Below, piece by piece: positions 47,511 through 56,857 of a stretch of DNA of 64,000 nt. The position numbers and the translations under genes were made by a program. A model generated the notes under the pieces. It ran no database searches and had not been told where the DNA came from. It saw only the letters and a program-made list of their open reading frames with translations. Numbering within the stretch: position 1 is the first letter of the stretch; each line of letters starts with the position of its first letter. Source of the DNA: an uncultured Methanosarcinales archaeon (lineage in GTDB: Archaea > Nanobdellota > Nanobdellia > Woesearchaeales > ARS49); NCBI GenBank assembly GCA_964354285.1, contig CAYGYR010000003.1, forward strand, positions 30,902 through 94,901. The letters are read 5' to 3'.

Positions 47511-50222
47511 TCATGATTTTCTAGAAGCAGCATTTATTATTTCTTCGAAAACAGCTTCGTTTCCATCGCCTGACAGCATCCTGCCAAGGGCGCTTCCCTC
47601 TAGTTTTCTTACAGGGAACCTCATGCTCAGAATATTTTTTATTGACCCGTCTCCCCCAAACATCTCTTCTTCTGTTCTGGTATATTCGTATTTTTCTCCT
47701 TTTAGGATTTGCTGCTGCACGGCCTCATTAGAGAATCTCTGCGTTGACCTGTCAGACCTGTGGTAATAATTCATTCGCGCAGTCTTTTTGCACTTAAGCG
47801 CCTCATCAGGAATAGAGTTTTTGTAGAACAGTTTTATCTGGCCGTCTGCGAATCTTAGCGCTTCTCTTGGGTCATTTAGCTCCAGTGCCCTCTGCAGGAC
47901 TCCCTGTATTATGAATGTCTCGTATTCGCACCTGTTTCTTTTTCCCTCTGGATCAATTCCTTGGGATATGATCTGCCCGTCGATTAATGCAATGAATCTC
48001 CCTTTTGTGTCAGAAAGCACCCTGCCCCTGCCGAGCGCTATCGCGAGCTCTTCTTCTTCAAGGCGCTTGACAATGCCTTCAGAGAGCAGGTTTTGCTCCA
48101 GTACAAGGAATCTTTCTGAGTGGTTTATTATCTCGCTGCTTTTCAAGCAGTCGCAGAGCAGCGCCATTCTTTGCTGCAGTTCCTTGATGTAAGTATCCAT
48201 TATTATCTCTCCTGTGTTTTTCCCTACCCCAAAATATTTTCTAAAGTTGAGGTCATTGATATCCCTGTCACTGCCTTTCTTGCATGAATTGATGTATTCT
48301 TTCTTTAGGCTGTAAAGCACCCATTCAAGGTCAGAATTGAGGTACTCCATCAGCCGTATCTTCTTTTTTTGGTCTGCTGTTTTTTCCATTGCAGCAATTG
48401 TTTCGCCTGCGGTTTTTTCTATCACAGGGATCAATGTCTTGTAGTAGAGCGTTGGAAATATCACGTGGGCCGTGAAAATTCCTTTTTTTGGCCTGAAACT
48501 CTGGATGTTCATCTGCCTTTTGAAAGCATCCCAGAATGAGTCATATACCGAGAAATCCTCCCATGCCTTTGCTTCGGTTAAGTCAAATAGCTTGTATGAG
48601 GCAACATGCCGTTCAATCTGTTTCAGATACTCATCGCTCTGCCAGTGCTTCATTTGTTCTTGCTTAACAGGTATTCCTGCATGTTCTGCCTGCTGGATAT
48701 AGAAATTTCTCAGTTCATCATCACTCATCACAGATATCTTCTGGCCCCAGCGCTCTGCCAGGGTGTTGAACCGCCTGTATGTCTTTAACCTGCTCCAGCT
48801 TTGCTGCTGTATTTTGTCGTCAACAAGCGTTCGCTTTGCGGTTGTGCTAACTTTATAGGTTGGTGCAGAGTATTGTTTTGATTCGCAGAGTATCTCTTCA
48901 AGCATGTGGTCTCCGAGCATGTATGACTTCATCGCGTCCTGTGCTGCGTAATAAAGTATCTCGAGCGCAGCCTCTCTGTTTCCTTGCCTTGCCTGCTGTG
49001 TCTTGATTATCAGCTCGTCATAATTCAGGGTCTTTTTCTCGTTCTTGCCAAGCATGTAATTGAATGTTGTGTCAAGGTTGTTCCTAAATGTCCATGAACT
49101 CTGCATAGAATACGTGAAAGTGTCGATGTCAAACCTGCCGGGAATTATTCTTCTCTGCAGGAAATCCTTGACGATATTTGCGCTGTATTTAAGTGCCCTA
49201 TTCCCGATGCCCGGCCTGAATTTTCCGCCAGTCAGTGTATCAAGTTTCTTGTAGTCAAAGTTAAGGTGATTGGTGCCAAAGACAAAAAGAGGATCGTCAG
49301 CCTGCATTATTTGTGTCAGCCGCTCCCCCAGGCCAGTTGAGTCATTTGCGCATGCCAGCTTTATTTTTCTTTTTTCCTCTGTTCCGGGGGTATTCACTTC
49401 GAATTCTGCAAGGTCTTTTATGCAGTCAAAGGTATGCACGACAGTATCATTATCCCTGAAAGTTATGTATTGCGCTGAAAGAATTTTTTCCTGCCTGAGT
49501 GAATCAACAAGCTCGTCTAATTTTTTCAGGTAATCTTTTCTCTGCCAGTGCTGCAGGTGCTCTGGGTGGACTGATGTTTTTGTCTGCTCTGCAAGCTTAC
49601 TGTAAAACTGCATGAGCTCCTCATCGCGCATCATAAGTGTTCTCTGGTCAAGCTCTGTTTTTTTCCAATTCTCTGTCTCGATGTCGATTGCGCATTTTTT
49701 TTCGCGCAGCAGGTGCTCGATTGATATTGCTCCTGCCCCTCGCGCGATTTTTCTTGTGCTCTCGTCGTAATCATAGATTTTATAAGGCACCCCTATGCGC
49801 CACTGCGCCAGCCTTGTGACTTTGTTTTCGTGCCCTGTTATGAATTGTTTTGGCAGGATTCTTTTTTGCTGGTTTTCAGACAGATGCGGCATCTCTGCGT
49901 GCCAGACAAAATTTCTTATCCTTACATCCTCGTCTTTTGTATCATGCCCGGCATAAAAAAAGGCATCTGCATCTCCCAGGTATGCGTCAATGCCTTGTTC
50001 TGAGAACATTTTTTTGTATTGCTCCATCATTTCCCGGAATCTGTAGAATCCGCCGTGGCCGAGCAGCATCGGGCATGTGGGGACAATATGCTTTATTGTT
50101 ATTGGCTCCCCTTTTATTGATCTTCCATCCTCGATTGTCCTGAAGTATGGTCTGTATTGCGCTTTCTTTTTTCCTTCGCCGCTCAGCACGCGCTCCAAGT
50201 ATGTTATAAAAACTTTCACCAT
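47511..50222 (-). CDS. Large protein (903 aa) with a DEDD-type 3'-5' exonuclease domain resembling that of family B polymerases, but no polymerase catalytic motifs
   Basis: Exo I is AIDIETE, Exo II is FGTNHLNFDYKKL and Exo III is YYAAQD. No DxxSLYPS or YGDTDS motif. The N- and C-terminal domains are unassigned. Confidence 0.65.
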   Translation of the reverse strand: MVKVFITYLERVLSGEGKKKAQYRPYFRTIEDGRSIKGEPITIKHIVPTCPMLLGHGGFYRFREMMEQYKKMFSEQGIDAYLGDADAFFYAGHDTKDEDVRIRNFVWHAEMPHLSENQQKRILPKQFITGHENKVTRLAQWRIGVPYKIYDYDESTRKIARGAGAISIEHLLREKKCAIDIETENWKKTELDQRTLMMRDEELMQFYSKLAEQTKTSVHPEHLQHWQRKDYLKKLDELVDSLRQEKILSAQYITFRDNDTVVHTFDCIKDLAEFEVNTPGTEEKRKIKLACANDSTGLGERLTQIMQADDPLFVFGTNHLNFDYKKLDTLTGGKFRPGIGNRALKYSANIVKDFLQRRIIPGRFDIDTFTYSMQSSWTFRNNLDTTFNYMLGKNEKKTLNYDELIIKTQQARQGNREAALEILYYAAQDAMKSYMLGDHMLEEILCESKQYSAPTYKVSTTAKRTLVDDKIQQQSWSRLKTYRRFNTLAERWGQKISVMSDDELRNFYIQQAEHAGIPVKQEQMKHWQSDEYLKQIERHVASYKLFDLTEAKAWEDFSVYDSFWDAFKRQMNIQSFRPKKGIFTAHVIFPTLYYKTLIPVIEKTAGETIAAMEKTADQKKKIRLMEYLNSDLEWVLYSLKKEYINSCKKGSDRDINDLNFRKYFGVGKNTGEIIMDTYIKELQQRMALLCDCLKSSEIINHSERFLVLEQNLLSEGIVKRLEEEELAIALGRGRVLSDTKGRFIALIDGQIISQGIDPEGKRNRCEYETFIIQGVLQRALELNDPREALRFADGQIKLFYKNSIPDEALKCKKTARMNYYHRSDRSTQRFSNEAVQQQILKGEKYEYTRTEEEMFGGDGSIKNILSMRFPVRKLEGSALGRMLSGDGNEAVFEEIINAASRKS

Positions 50223-50277
50223 TCTGTAGTAGATATATAAGTAAGATATTTAAATAAGTTGGTATTTTGCACGATGC

Positions 50278-52527
50278 ATGGAAGTTGATAGTGTGTTTTC
50301 TATTGCAAACCCTTTTGCAGTGTATTATATAAACAGGGATTTTATTTCAGATGAAAAAATCTTCACGAGCCGTCTTGAGAAAATAATTCTCGAGAAGGCA
50401 AAAGAAAAGTCAGAGGCGCCTAGATCTACTGCAAGATACAACAAGTATCTTTTTTATGAGCAGGAGATTTTCAGTTCAGACCTTCATCAGCTGAAAGGAA
50501 AATATATCATACCTATGACTGCCATCAGCGTTATAGACCCGACGACAGGGCAGAAGGAAATCATCTGCCCCTTCTCAAACCAGAATATCGTGACAAGCAA
50601 GATGCTAGGGCTTCTTGAGCGGCCAATACCATTGAAATTCTTGCAGCGGTTTGTTTTCTGGCCAGTATCACCGATTGATTTCATGTTCTGTTTCGGAAAG
50701 AAAGACGATAAAGAGGGCATTATCCATCCGCTTGAGAAGTTAGTCCATGCAGTTGACACCAGGATTCAAGGCATTGGTTTTGGCGGCTTGTTCAAGAACA
50801 ATTATGAGACGAAGCAGGGAAACTTTAATGTCTATGCAGGAATTCTCGAGCCAAGGTATGCTGTCAATAGGTTCAGCAGGCACCCGCAGTCATTTGACCA
50901 GAAGATGAAAGAGCTTGGGTTTTCTACAGTACAAGATTACATTGATTACTGCAATGCCTCTGCATCTTTTTGCAGGAAAATTCTTGCCCAGAAATACGTC
51001 CATTTTTTCAGCAGGCTTGACCTTGTGAAGACACTTTATGACTTTGGGGTTCCAACTCTTCAGTATTTCGGGGAGAAAACCTCTTATGGCGCTAATGTCC
51101 TTGAGCTCGCCAGAAAATACTCAGGAGGCAGGTTTCCTTTTGGCTTTATTGGCGACGGGCCTCTCTCAAATGTGGATGAGATAACAACACTTGGTGTTGC
51201 CCATGATACAGCCATCCACAAGCTTTTTGGCTTTATCACAAAGCTCTATGAGTCAGAGAAAGGGGTTTCGCTGAAGCGCCCTAAAAAGAGAGAAGTCCCT
51301 GCTTGGGAGCAGAGGGGCAGTGCAGACGGCTGTGTAACTTACAGGCAGTGCCCGCAACATAATTTCTTTCTCTGTGAAATTCCTGAGTGCAGAAGCCCTT
51401 GTGCAAAAGACATAATAAATAATGAACTTTCAGAAAAAGACCTGCAGTATGTTGTGAAATTTGCAGATTACAAGCGGGTTGGCTTCTCAAGGATTGAACC
51501 GAGGCTTGTCCAGCTTGCAAACCAGGACTTCAGGGTTTTTGTTGGCGACAGAAGAACGAGCAAGCTGAACTCGTCATGGCAGCACACAGAGCTTACAAAT
51601 AAAAGAATGGAGTTCATTGATCTTGAGGAATTTATCTCTAAAGTGGGGGGCGTTGGTGATTTGCGCGGCTCTGAGTTCACGTTGTCTTGCGACATAATGC
51701 GCATTTTCTCAAAGTTTGGCAAGAGAATACGGCAGAGGATCATAGCTAATGAGCTTGAGAGGCACCCTGAGCTCGAGGAGGATTTCTTCAAGACAAATGA
51801 CCCTGAGACCTATGAAGGCATTGCTGCAATGCGCGGAACTGCTGTGCACAAAGTGATTTCTTTCCCGGTGGAGAATCTTGTGCATTATGAGACACTTGAG
51901 AAAGGTGGCTTTGATGTGGTGCCTTCTGAAAAGTACACGGAGCTTTCTTTTGTGCATAAGCGCATTGTCAAAAAAACTGGCGAGGAGATAAAAATAACAT
52001 TTCGCCCGGACTGCCAGCTCGTGTTGCATGGCTCTGGCGGCCTTGATCTTATAATCATTGACCACAAGACAAACCGGAAGCTTCCTTACCCGTATGTCAA
52101 ATACAAGAACCAAGGCAAAGTCTATGCGTACTGCCTGAAAAAAATCACAGGCATTCCTTTCAAGAATACATATCTTGTATTCAACCACATGGCTTTTGAT
52201 AACCTGTTTGGCATGACTTTTTCTGTTCCAGAAGGATACTCTAGTTCAGAGGGGCTTTACAGGTCCCAGAGTTTCGTCCCGCCAACTGTGTATTATCCAG
52301 AGCATAACTTTGATGCAGAGATTGAGCGCGAGATTGACAGGACATATCTCGCCCAGAAAAGCATTAAAGAAAATCCTCAGAAATTTCTCAAGGCAAAAGC
52401 AAAAAAGATTAAGCGCGGTGAGTGCGCAAAATGCTTCTCAGACCAGGTTCTTCTCTGCAATTATTTCACAAGCGCTGCAGGCATGAACATTCCGCTGAAA
52501 GATGCTGTTGATAGCTTGAAAGAATAA
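50278..52527 (+). CDS. Large protein (749 aa) with a C-terminal RecB/Cas4-family PD-(D/E)xK nuclease domain and an Fe-S cysteine cluster
   Basis: LDLIIIDHK serves as motifs II and III. QGKVYAYCL is the QxxxY motif. C-terminal CAKCFSDQVLLC, with an upstream Cys (PDCQ). The roughly 550 aa N-terminal region is unassigned. Confidence 0.6.
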   Translation: MEVDSVFSIANPFAVYYINRDFISDEKIFTSRLEKIILEKAKEKSEAPRSTARYNKYLFYEQEIFSSDLHQLKGKYIIPMTAISVIDPTTGQKEIICPFSNQNIVTSKMLGLLERPIPLKFLQRFVFWPVSPIDFMFCFGKKDDKEGIIHPLEKLVHAVDTRIQGIGFGGLFKNNYETKQGNFNVYAGILEPRYAVNRFSRHPQSFDQKMKELGFSTVQDYIDYCNASASFCRKILAQKYVHFFSRLDLVKTLYDFGVPTLQYFGEKTSYGANVLELARKYSGGRFPFGFIGDGPLSNVDEITTLGVAHDTAIHKLFGFITKLYESEKGVSLKRPKKREVPAWEQRGSADGCVTYRQCPQHNFFLCEIPECRSPCAKDIINNELSEKDLQYVVKFADYKRVGFSRIEPRLVQLANQDFRVFVGDRRTSKLNSSWQHTELTNKRMEFIDLEEFISKVGGVGDLRGSEFTLSCDIMRIFSKFGKRIRQRIIANELERHPELEEDFFKTNDPETYEGIAAMRGTAVHKVISFPVENLVHYETLEKGGFDVVPSEKYTELSFVHKRIVKKTGEEIKITFRPDCQLVLHGSGGLDLIIIDHKTNRKLPYPYVKYKNQGKVYAYCLKKITGIPFKNTYLVFNHMAFDNLFGMTFSVPEGYSSSEGLYRSQSFVPPTVYYPEHNFDAEIEREIDRTYLAQKSIKENPQKFLKAKAKKIKRGECAKCFSDQVLLCNYFTSAAGMNIPLKDAVDSLKE

Positions 52528-52560
52528 AGCTTTAATACCTAGCCTGCGTTTCAAGTTTTT

Positions 52561-53232
52561 ATGCTCAAAAAAATCTATGCATCATTGTATAAAGAATATG
52601 GCCCGCAGGGATGGTGGCCTGTCAATGGAAAATATAACAAAAACAATTTTGACATCCCGCGAAACAGGAAAGAGGAATTTGAGATAATGCTTGGGGCAAT
52701 CCTCACCCAGAATACTGCCTGGAAGAATGTCGAGAAAGCCCTGCATAATTTAAGGGAAAAAGACTTGATTGACGCTGAAAAGATTAAAAAAGTTCCGCTG
52801 AAAAAGCTTGCGGAATTTATCAGGCCCTCTGGATATTACAACCAGAAATCAGGGCGCTTGAAAATCATGGCTGATTTTTTTCTTGCAAACAAAAGCCTGC
52901 CAAAAAAATCTGTTGATGAGATGCGCTCGCTGCTTCTTGACGTAAAAGGTGTTGGCCCTGAGACCGCAGACTCTATTATACTGTATGCTTTCAGGAAGCC
53001 GAGTTTTGTGATAGATACATACACCAAAAGAATTTTCTCTCGGCTCGGCATCTGCGGGAAAGACTGCAAATACGATGAGCTGCAGGATATTTTTCACAGC
53101 AATCTTCCATCTGATGCAAAGCTCTTTAATGAATACCATGCGCTTATTGTCGAGCATGCAAAAAGATTCTGCGCAAAGAAGCCTGACTGTGCAGGCTGCT
53201 TTCTAAAGAAAGAGTGCAAGCAAAAATTCTAA
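52561..53232 (+). CDS. nth: Endonuclease III-like HhH-GPD DNA glycosylase with an Fe-S cluster
   Basis: HhH LLLDVKGVGPETADSIILYAF with a catalytic Asp region. C-terminal CAKKPDCAGCFLKKEC. Confidence 0.8.
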   Translation: MLKKIYASLYKEYGPQGWWPVNGKYNKNNFDIPRNRKEEFEIMLGAILTQNTAWKNVEKALHNLREKDLIDAEKIKKVPLKKLAEFIRPSGYYNQKSGRLKIMADFFLANKSLPKKSVDEMRSLLLDVKGVGPETADSIILYAFRKPSFVIDTYTKRIFSRLGICGKDCKYDELQDIFHSNLPSDAKLFNEYHALIVEHAKRFCAKKPDCAGCFLKKECKQKF

Positions 53233-53285
53233 ATCAAATATTTTGCCCAAAGCTATATATACTTGAAATAATAAGTATTAATACT

Positions 53286-53444
53286 ATGAGTTTAACCAGT
53301 TTGCTAATACTTGTACTGCTTGGCGCCATTGCATTGGGAATTATTCTTGGCTTTGCCAAAAAAATCGCGAGAACTGTTCTCTGCGTTGTTGTAATTGCGC
53401 TGGTTATATTAGGCGGATATCAGCTATGGAAAGTATTTTTGTAA
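53286..53444 (+). CDS. small two-TM membrane protein
   Basis: 53 aa, hydrophobic. Confidence 0.35.
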   Translation: MSLTSLLILVLLGAIALGIILGFAKKIARTVLCVVVIALVILGGYQLWKVFL

Positions 53445-53541
53445 AAGGATCTTATTGAAAAAAATCTATTTCAAATCATCATTAACTCAATGAAAACATT
53501 AATATATGCAATCATAAATCAGAATTAAAAAAAGAGGTCCG

Positions 53542-53952
53542 ATGAGCATGCTTGATTTTTTGAGGTTCTGGAAGAAAAAAGAAGAGATGCCTGAGTTTCC
53601 AGAGGCAGGAATGCCGGAAACAGGAATGCATGAAATGCCTCCTGGAGAGTTCCCAGGTGTTTCAGCAGCTCCTGGTTTTGAGCCGACAAGCGCAATGGCT
53701 CCTGAGCAGCCCCCTGTTTTTGGGAGAGAGCCTGCAGAGACTCCAAGGGCTTTTGCACAGGCAGAGCCAACAGCACTCAGTGCGCCATCTTTCGGCAGGC
53801 CATCTGCACCAAGTTCTGATAAGGAATTCCAGCTCATCAATGCAAAGCTTGACTCAATCAAGGCATCAATAGACGGCCTTCACCAGCGCCTTGACAAGAT
53901 GGAGATTGAGAAGCAGCATAAGGAAGAAAAAGACATTTATGCCTGGCGATGA
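53542..53952 (+). CDS. Pro-rich hypothetical protein with a C-terminal coiled coil
   Basis: 136 aa. Confidence 0.45.
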   Translation: MSMLDFLRFWKKKEEMPEFPEAGMPETGMHEMPPGEFPGVSAAPGFEPTSAMAPEQPPVFGREPAETPRAFAQAEPTALSAPSFGRPSAPSSDKEFQLINAKLDSIKASIDGLHQRLDKMEIEKQHKEEKDIYAWR

Positions 53953-54401
53953 AGAATAAAAACTTTATTTTCTTTGGTATTGCATTCCTGGTTATTTTTC
54001 TTGACCAGCTAACCAAGTATCTGGTAAAATCAAATCTCTCATTAGGCCAGTCTATTCTTGTTATTAAAAATTTTTTCAGCATAACCTTAATCAAGAATTT
54101 CGGGATTGGCTTTGGGATGCTCAACACCCCTGCAGCAAGATGGATTCTTGTCTGCATAACAATAGTGATAATTGGAATCATACTATATTACTACAAACAG
54201 ATTCCAGAAAAATATCTTGTGCTAATCGCGGCAGCGCTTGTTTTAGGTGGAGCAATAGGCAATCTTATCGACAGGATTCTGCTTGGCTTTGTCATTGACT
54301 TCCTTGATTTCACAGTCTGGCCTGCATTCAACATAGCAGATTCTGCAGTTACAATTGGCGTCATTGGCCTGATAATTTATTTCATTACAGAAAAAAAGTA
54401 G
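53949..54401 (+). CDS. lspA: lipoprotein signal peptidase (signal peptidase II, LspA)
   Basis: 4 TM helices, with the GNLIDR and FNIAD catalytic motifs. Confidence 0.8.
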   Translation: MKNKNFIFFGIAFLVIFLDQLTKYLVKSNLSLGQSILVIKNFFSITLIKNFGIGFGMLNTPAARWILVCITIVIIGIILYYYKQIPEKYLVLIAAALVLGGAIGNLIDRILLGFVIDFLDFTVWPAFNIADSAVTIGVIGLIIYFITEKK

Positions 54402-54420
54402 ATACCGAAAGCAATAAATC

Positions 54421-54510
54421 AAGCGAAACATTTAAACAACAAAAATCATGATTTTCGAGTTTAAATGTTCGAAAACTCGCAAAAGTTTTCGAAACATTTA
54501 AATATAAGAA
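54421..54510. promoter_or_regulatory. Palindromic operator-like region upstream of the first paralog
   Basis: The 13-mer CGAAACATTTAAA occurs three times, direct, inverted, then direct. A second inverted repeat is GTTCGAAAACT/AGTTTTCGAAC. The last 13-mer copy overlaps the TATA-like TTTAAATATA. Confidence 0.5.
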
Positions 54511-54571
54511 ACTTAATTTAAATCTCGATAGCTAATATTTGTAAAAACCAAAACCAAGAGAGGTGAAGTAA

Positions 54572-55075
54572 ATGGCTGAAGAATCAAAAGGAATTGCCCT
54601 TGCAATACTCGGCATAGTAGCGGTTATAGCAATTATCGGACTTGTTCTGATGTTCTCGAAAATGAAAGCTGCTACTGGCGACGTGTATGGCGGTGGATTG
54701 AAATGGGGAGAAGGCGGATGGCAAAAAGAAGGATTATCAACAAGATTCCTTCGTGCGCCTGAACTGCAGATACCAGGGTCTCCTTACCCAATTGAGACAG
54801 CAAGAGGCGGCGGAAAGCTTGGCGGAGAAGCTAGAACCACAGAGCCTAGGAAAAATGCTCCAGGACTGGCTTTCTATGAGAGCCCGATTGGAATAAGAGA
54901 TTGCCGCATGGCAGTAGCAACAGGCTGGCTAGAAGCAGGATATACCGCGCAGACTGCAAAAAATAGCAGGATACTTTCTGAATACCCTAGCTGCTATGGC
55001 GTGGACAAAGCCTGGCCAGAAGGATTTATATCAGAGCAAATCCCAGGATTCTGCTGCAAAGAGCCTACGTATTAA
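54572..55075 (+). CDS. pilin-like Cys-rich small protein, paralog 1
   Basis: Begins MAEESKG|IALAILGIVAVIAIIGLVLMF, a short charged N-terminus with K-G followed by a hydrophobic helix of about 21 aa. C-terminal C...C...CC. RBS AGAGGTGA. Confidence 0.8.
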   Translation: MAEESKGIALAILGIVAVIAIIGLVLMFSKMKAATGDVYGGGLKWGEGGWQKEGLSTRFLRAPELQIPGSPYPIETARGGGKLGGEARTTEPRKNAPGLAFYESPIGIRDCRMAVATGWLEAGYTAQTAKNSRILSEYPSCYGVDKAWPEGFISEQIPGFCCKEPTY

Positions 55076-55171
55076 ATATAATTTTTTTTATTAATTTTTT
55101 TCTAATTTTTCTAAAACAAAAATCTAACTAAAGCATCTTATGCGAGGAAAGTATACAAAACAAGCAAAAAG

Positions 55172-55179
55172 TTTATATA
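55172..55179 (+). promoter_or_regulatory. TATA box (TTTATATA) with an A-rich BRE upstream of paralog 2
   Basis: AAAAAGTTTATATACAAAAACAGTTTTA. The same module is duplicated at 56019. Confidence 0.55.
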
Positions 55180-55238
55180 CAAAAACAGTTTTATTCTAAA
55201 AAAGCATAATAACAACAAAAAATTTGAGGTGATTATTG

Positions 55239-55784
55239 ATGGATGAACATAACAAGGGTATTGCTATTGCAATTATAGGCATAGTTGCTGTTACTGCAAT
55301 CGTAGGACTGGTTTTTCTGTTTTCTATGTCAAAAACCGGCGCATCTTTTATGGGCGGGCCAAAAATCTATGGTGGAGCAACAAAAGGAAACCTGTTCCCT
55401 TACACGAGGTTCATGGACCAGGATCAGCCTGTTGTCGAAACGCCTGGATGGGAAACTACTGTAACGGCTCCTGCTGAGAATGTATACGGCGGAGCAGCGA
55501 GAGCAGACCTGTATGTTGGCAACACAATGCCTACAGTCGAGAAACAGGTTTCAAGCGGCTTCAGGTATGGTAGAGAGCTAGGCAAGATTCCAACAGCACT
55601 TACATCATGCATGGCACTTGACTTCAAGGATGAAGCAGGCAATCGCGTCTTTGCACCAGTAGGAGTTTCAAGAAATATGCTGCAGGATTATGAGTTTGTC
55701 AAAGGGCAGTGCTTCAGGTATACTGCAGATGGAACCCCAGTCAACACAATCCTCTCAAAGGATGCGTGCTGCACAGTAAGGTAA
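55239..55784 (+). CDS. pilin-like Cys-rich small protein, paralog 2
   Basis: MDEHNKG|IAIAIIGIVAVTAIVGLVFLF; C-terminal C..C..CC (ACCTVR). RBS GAGGTGA. Confidence 0.8.
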   Translation: MDEHNKGIAIAIIGIVAVTAIVGLVFLFSMSKTGASFMGGPKIYGGATKGNLFPYTRFMDQDQPVVETPGWETTVTAPAENVYGGAARADLYVGNTMPTVEKQVSSGFRYGRELGKIPTALTSCMALDFKDEAGNRVFAPVGVSRNMLQDYEFVKGQCFRYTADGTPVNTILSKDACCTVR

Positions 55785-55941
55785 ATTTTTTTAATTTATT
55801 TTTTCTCTTTTTTTCTGTATTCTGTAATATCCGTTTCATAAGAAAAAAACAAAAGTTTTAACTCGAATAGTTTGTCTTTTTCAATTTAGAAGCAAAAAAT
55901 ATATAACAATAAAGTATGTCTGCTTCTAAATAACGCAGATT

Positions 55942-56008
55942 CAGCGAGTCTGCGGGATCAAAGAATTGCGCACTAAACTAGGGTTTTAGACCCGCGCAAT
56001 TCTTTCAT
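55942..56008. ncRNA. repeat / candidate structured RNA element, copy 2
   Basis: CAGCGAGTCTGCGGGAT + stem aaagaattgcgc ... GGGTTTTAGACCC ... gcgcaattcttt. See copy 1 at 7694. Confidence 0.4.
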
Positions 56009-56018
56009 AAGCAAAAAG

Positions 56019-56026
56019 TTTATATA
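56019..56026 (+). promoter_or_regulatory. TATA box upstream of paralog 3
   Basis: Identical 26-mer AAAAAGTTTATATACAAAAACAGTTTTA. Confidence 0.55.
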
Positions 56027-56084
56027 CAAAAACAGTTTTAGTTATAAAAACATAATCAAGTAATAAAAAATAGAGGTGATTTTC

Positions 56085-56618
56085 ATGGAAGAGAACAAGC
56101 TTGCTGTGGCAATTCTTGGAGTAGTTGTTATTGTTGCAATAATATGCTTAGTGTTTATGTTTTCTGTTGGAAAGACAGGCGAAGCAATTTATAACCCAAT
56201 TTATGGCAGCTATGTCGTGCCAAAGATTTATACGAACTATAATCAAAATCCGTGGCCGTACTCAAGAGTGCTGGACCCAACAACAACGTATGAGAGGCCA
56301 GCTACAACAATGTCAGGTGAGGAGCCTGCAGGAACAACGTATGGTGGAGCATCAGAGTTCTTCATGACAAACACTCCAAAAGGGGTGCAGAGCACATTCG
56401 TGACCTATAAAAGGTCTGCTGAAAAAAGTATTCCAACAGCACAGACAACTGGCATAGCAATCAGATTCCCTGGCGGCATAAAAGCAGATTCTTGCTATGG
56501 AATGCAGCAGTATTATACAAAATCAGCTGACTCAACAAGAAACTGCTTCACAGAAGATGCATATGGCAGGGCAATCAACGCGTATATGCCACAGTTCTAT
56601 GGCTGCTGCGACAGCTAA
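56085..56618 (+). CDS. pilin-like Cys-rich small protein, paralog 3
   Basis: MEENKLAVAILGVVVIVAIICLVFMF; C-terminal C..C..CC (GCCDS). Confidence 0.8.
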   Translation: MEENKLAVAILGVVVIVAIICLVFMFSVGKTGEAIYNPIYGSYVVPKIYTNYNQNPWPYSRVLDPTTTYERPATTMSGEEPAGTTYGGASEFFMTNTPKGVQSTFVTYKRSAEKSIPTAQTTGIAIRFPGGIKADSCYGMQQYYTKSADSTRNCFTEDAYGRAINAYMPQFYGCCDS

Positions 56619-56667
56619 ATTTTTTATTTATTTTTTTCTCTTATTATTTAATAACACCTTTCTGATG

Positions 56668-56710
56668 TTTGGTTGCTTCTCGAGCACGAATGAGGAGCGC
56701 CTTTTGATTC
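56668..56710 (+). repeat. repeat-family partial copy C
   Basis: GGTTGCTTCTCGAGCACGAATGAGGAGCGCCTTTTGATTCTAACC matches the 3' half of copies A and B. Confidence 0.7.
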
Positions 56711-56789
56711 TAACCATTAAAAACGCAAAGCGTTTGGGGTCTCAAAGAGTTTTGCTCTTTGAAACTTTCCCAAAGTTAGAAACAAAAGA

Positions 56790-56797
56790 TTTATATA
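56790..56797 (+). promoter_or_regulatory. TATA box upstream of paralog 4
   Basis: AAAAGATTTATATACACGAAC. Confidence 0.5.
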
Positions 56798-56857
56798 CAC
56801 GAACGGTTACTATTCTCTAAAAATCAAACTAAAATAAAAAATCGAGGTGAATAGATA

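Noticed and set aside
47511-50222. Interpreting the 903 aa protein as a family B DNA polymerase
   Set aside because: The Exo I-III motifs are present, but I could not find motif A (DxxSLYPS), motif B (KxxxNSxYG) or motif C (YGDTDS) anywhere in it. In the adjacent 749 aa protein the only approach to motif B is a weak KTSYG. I therefore call it only an exonuclease-domain protein.
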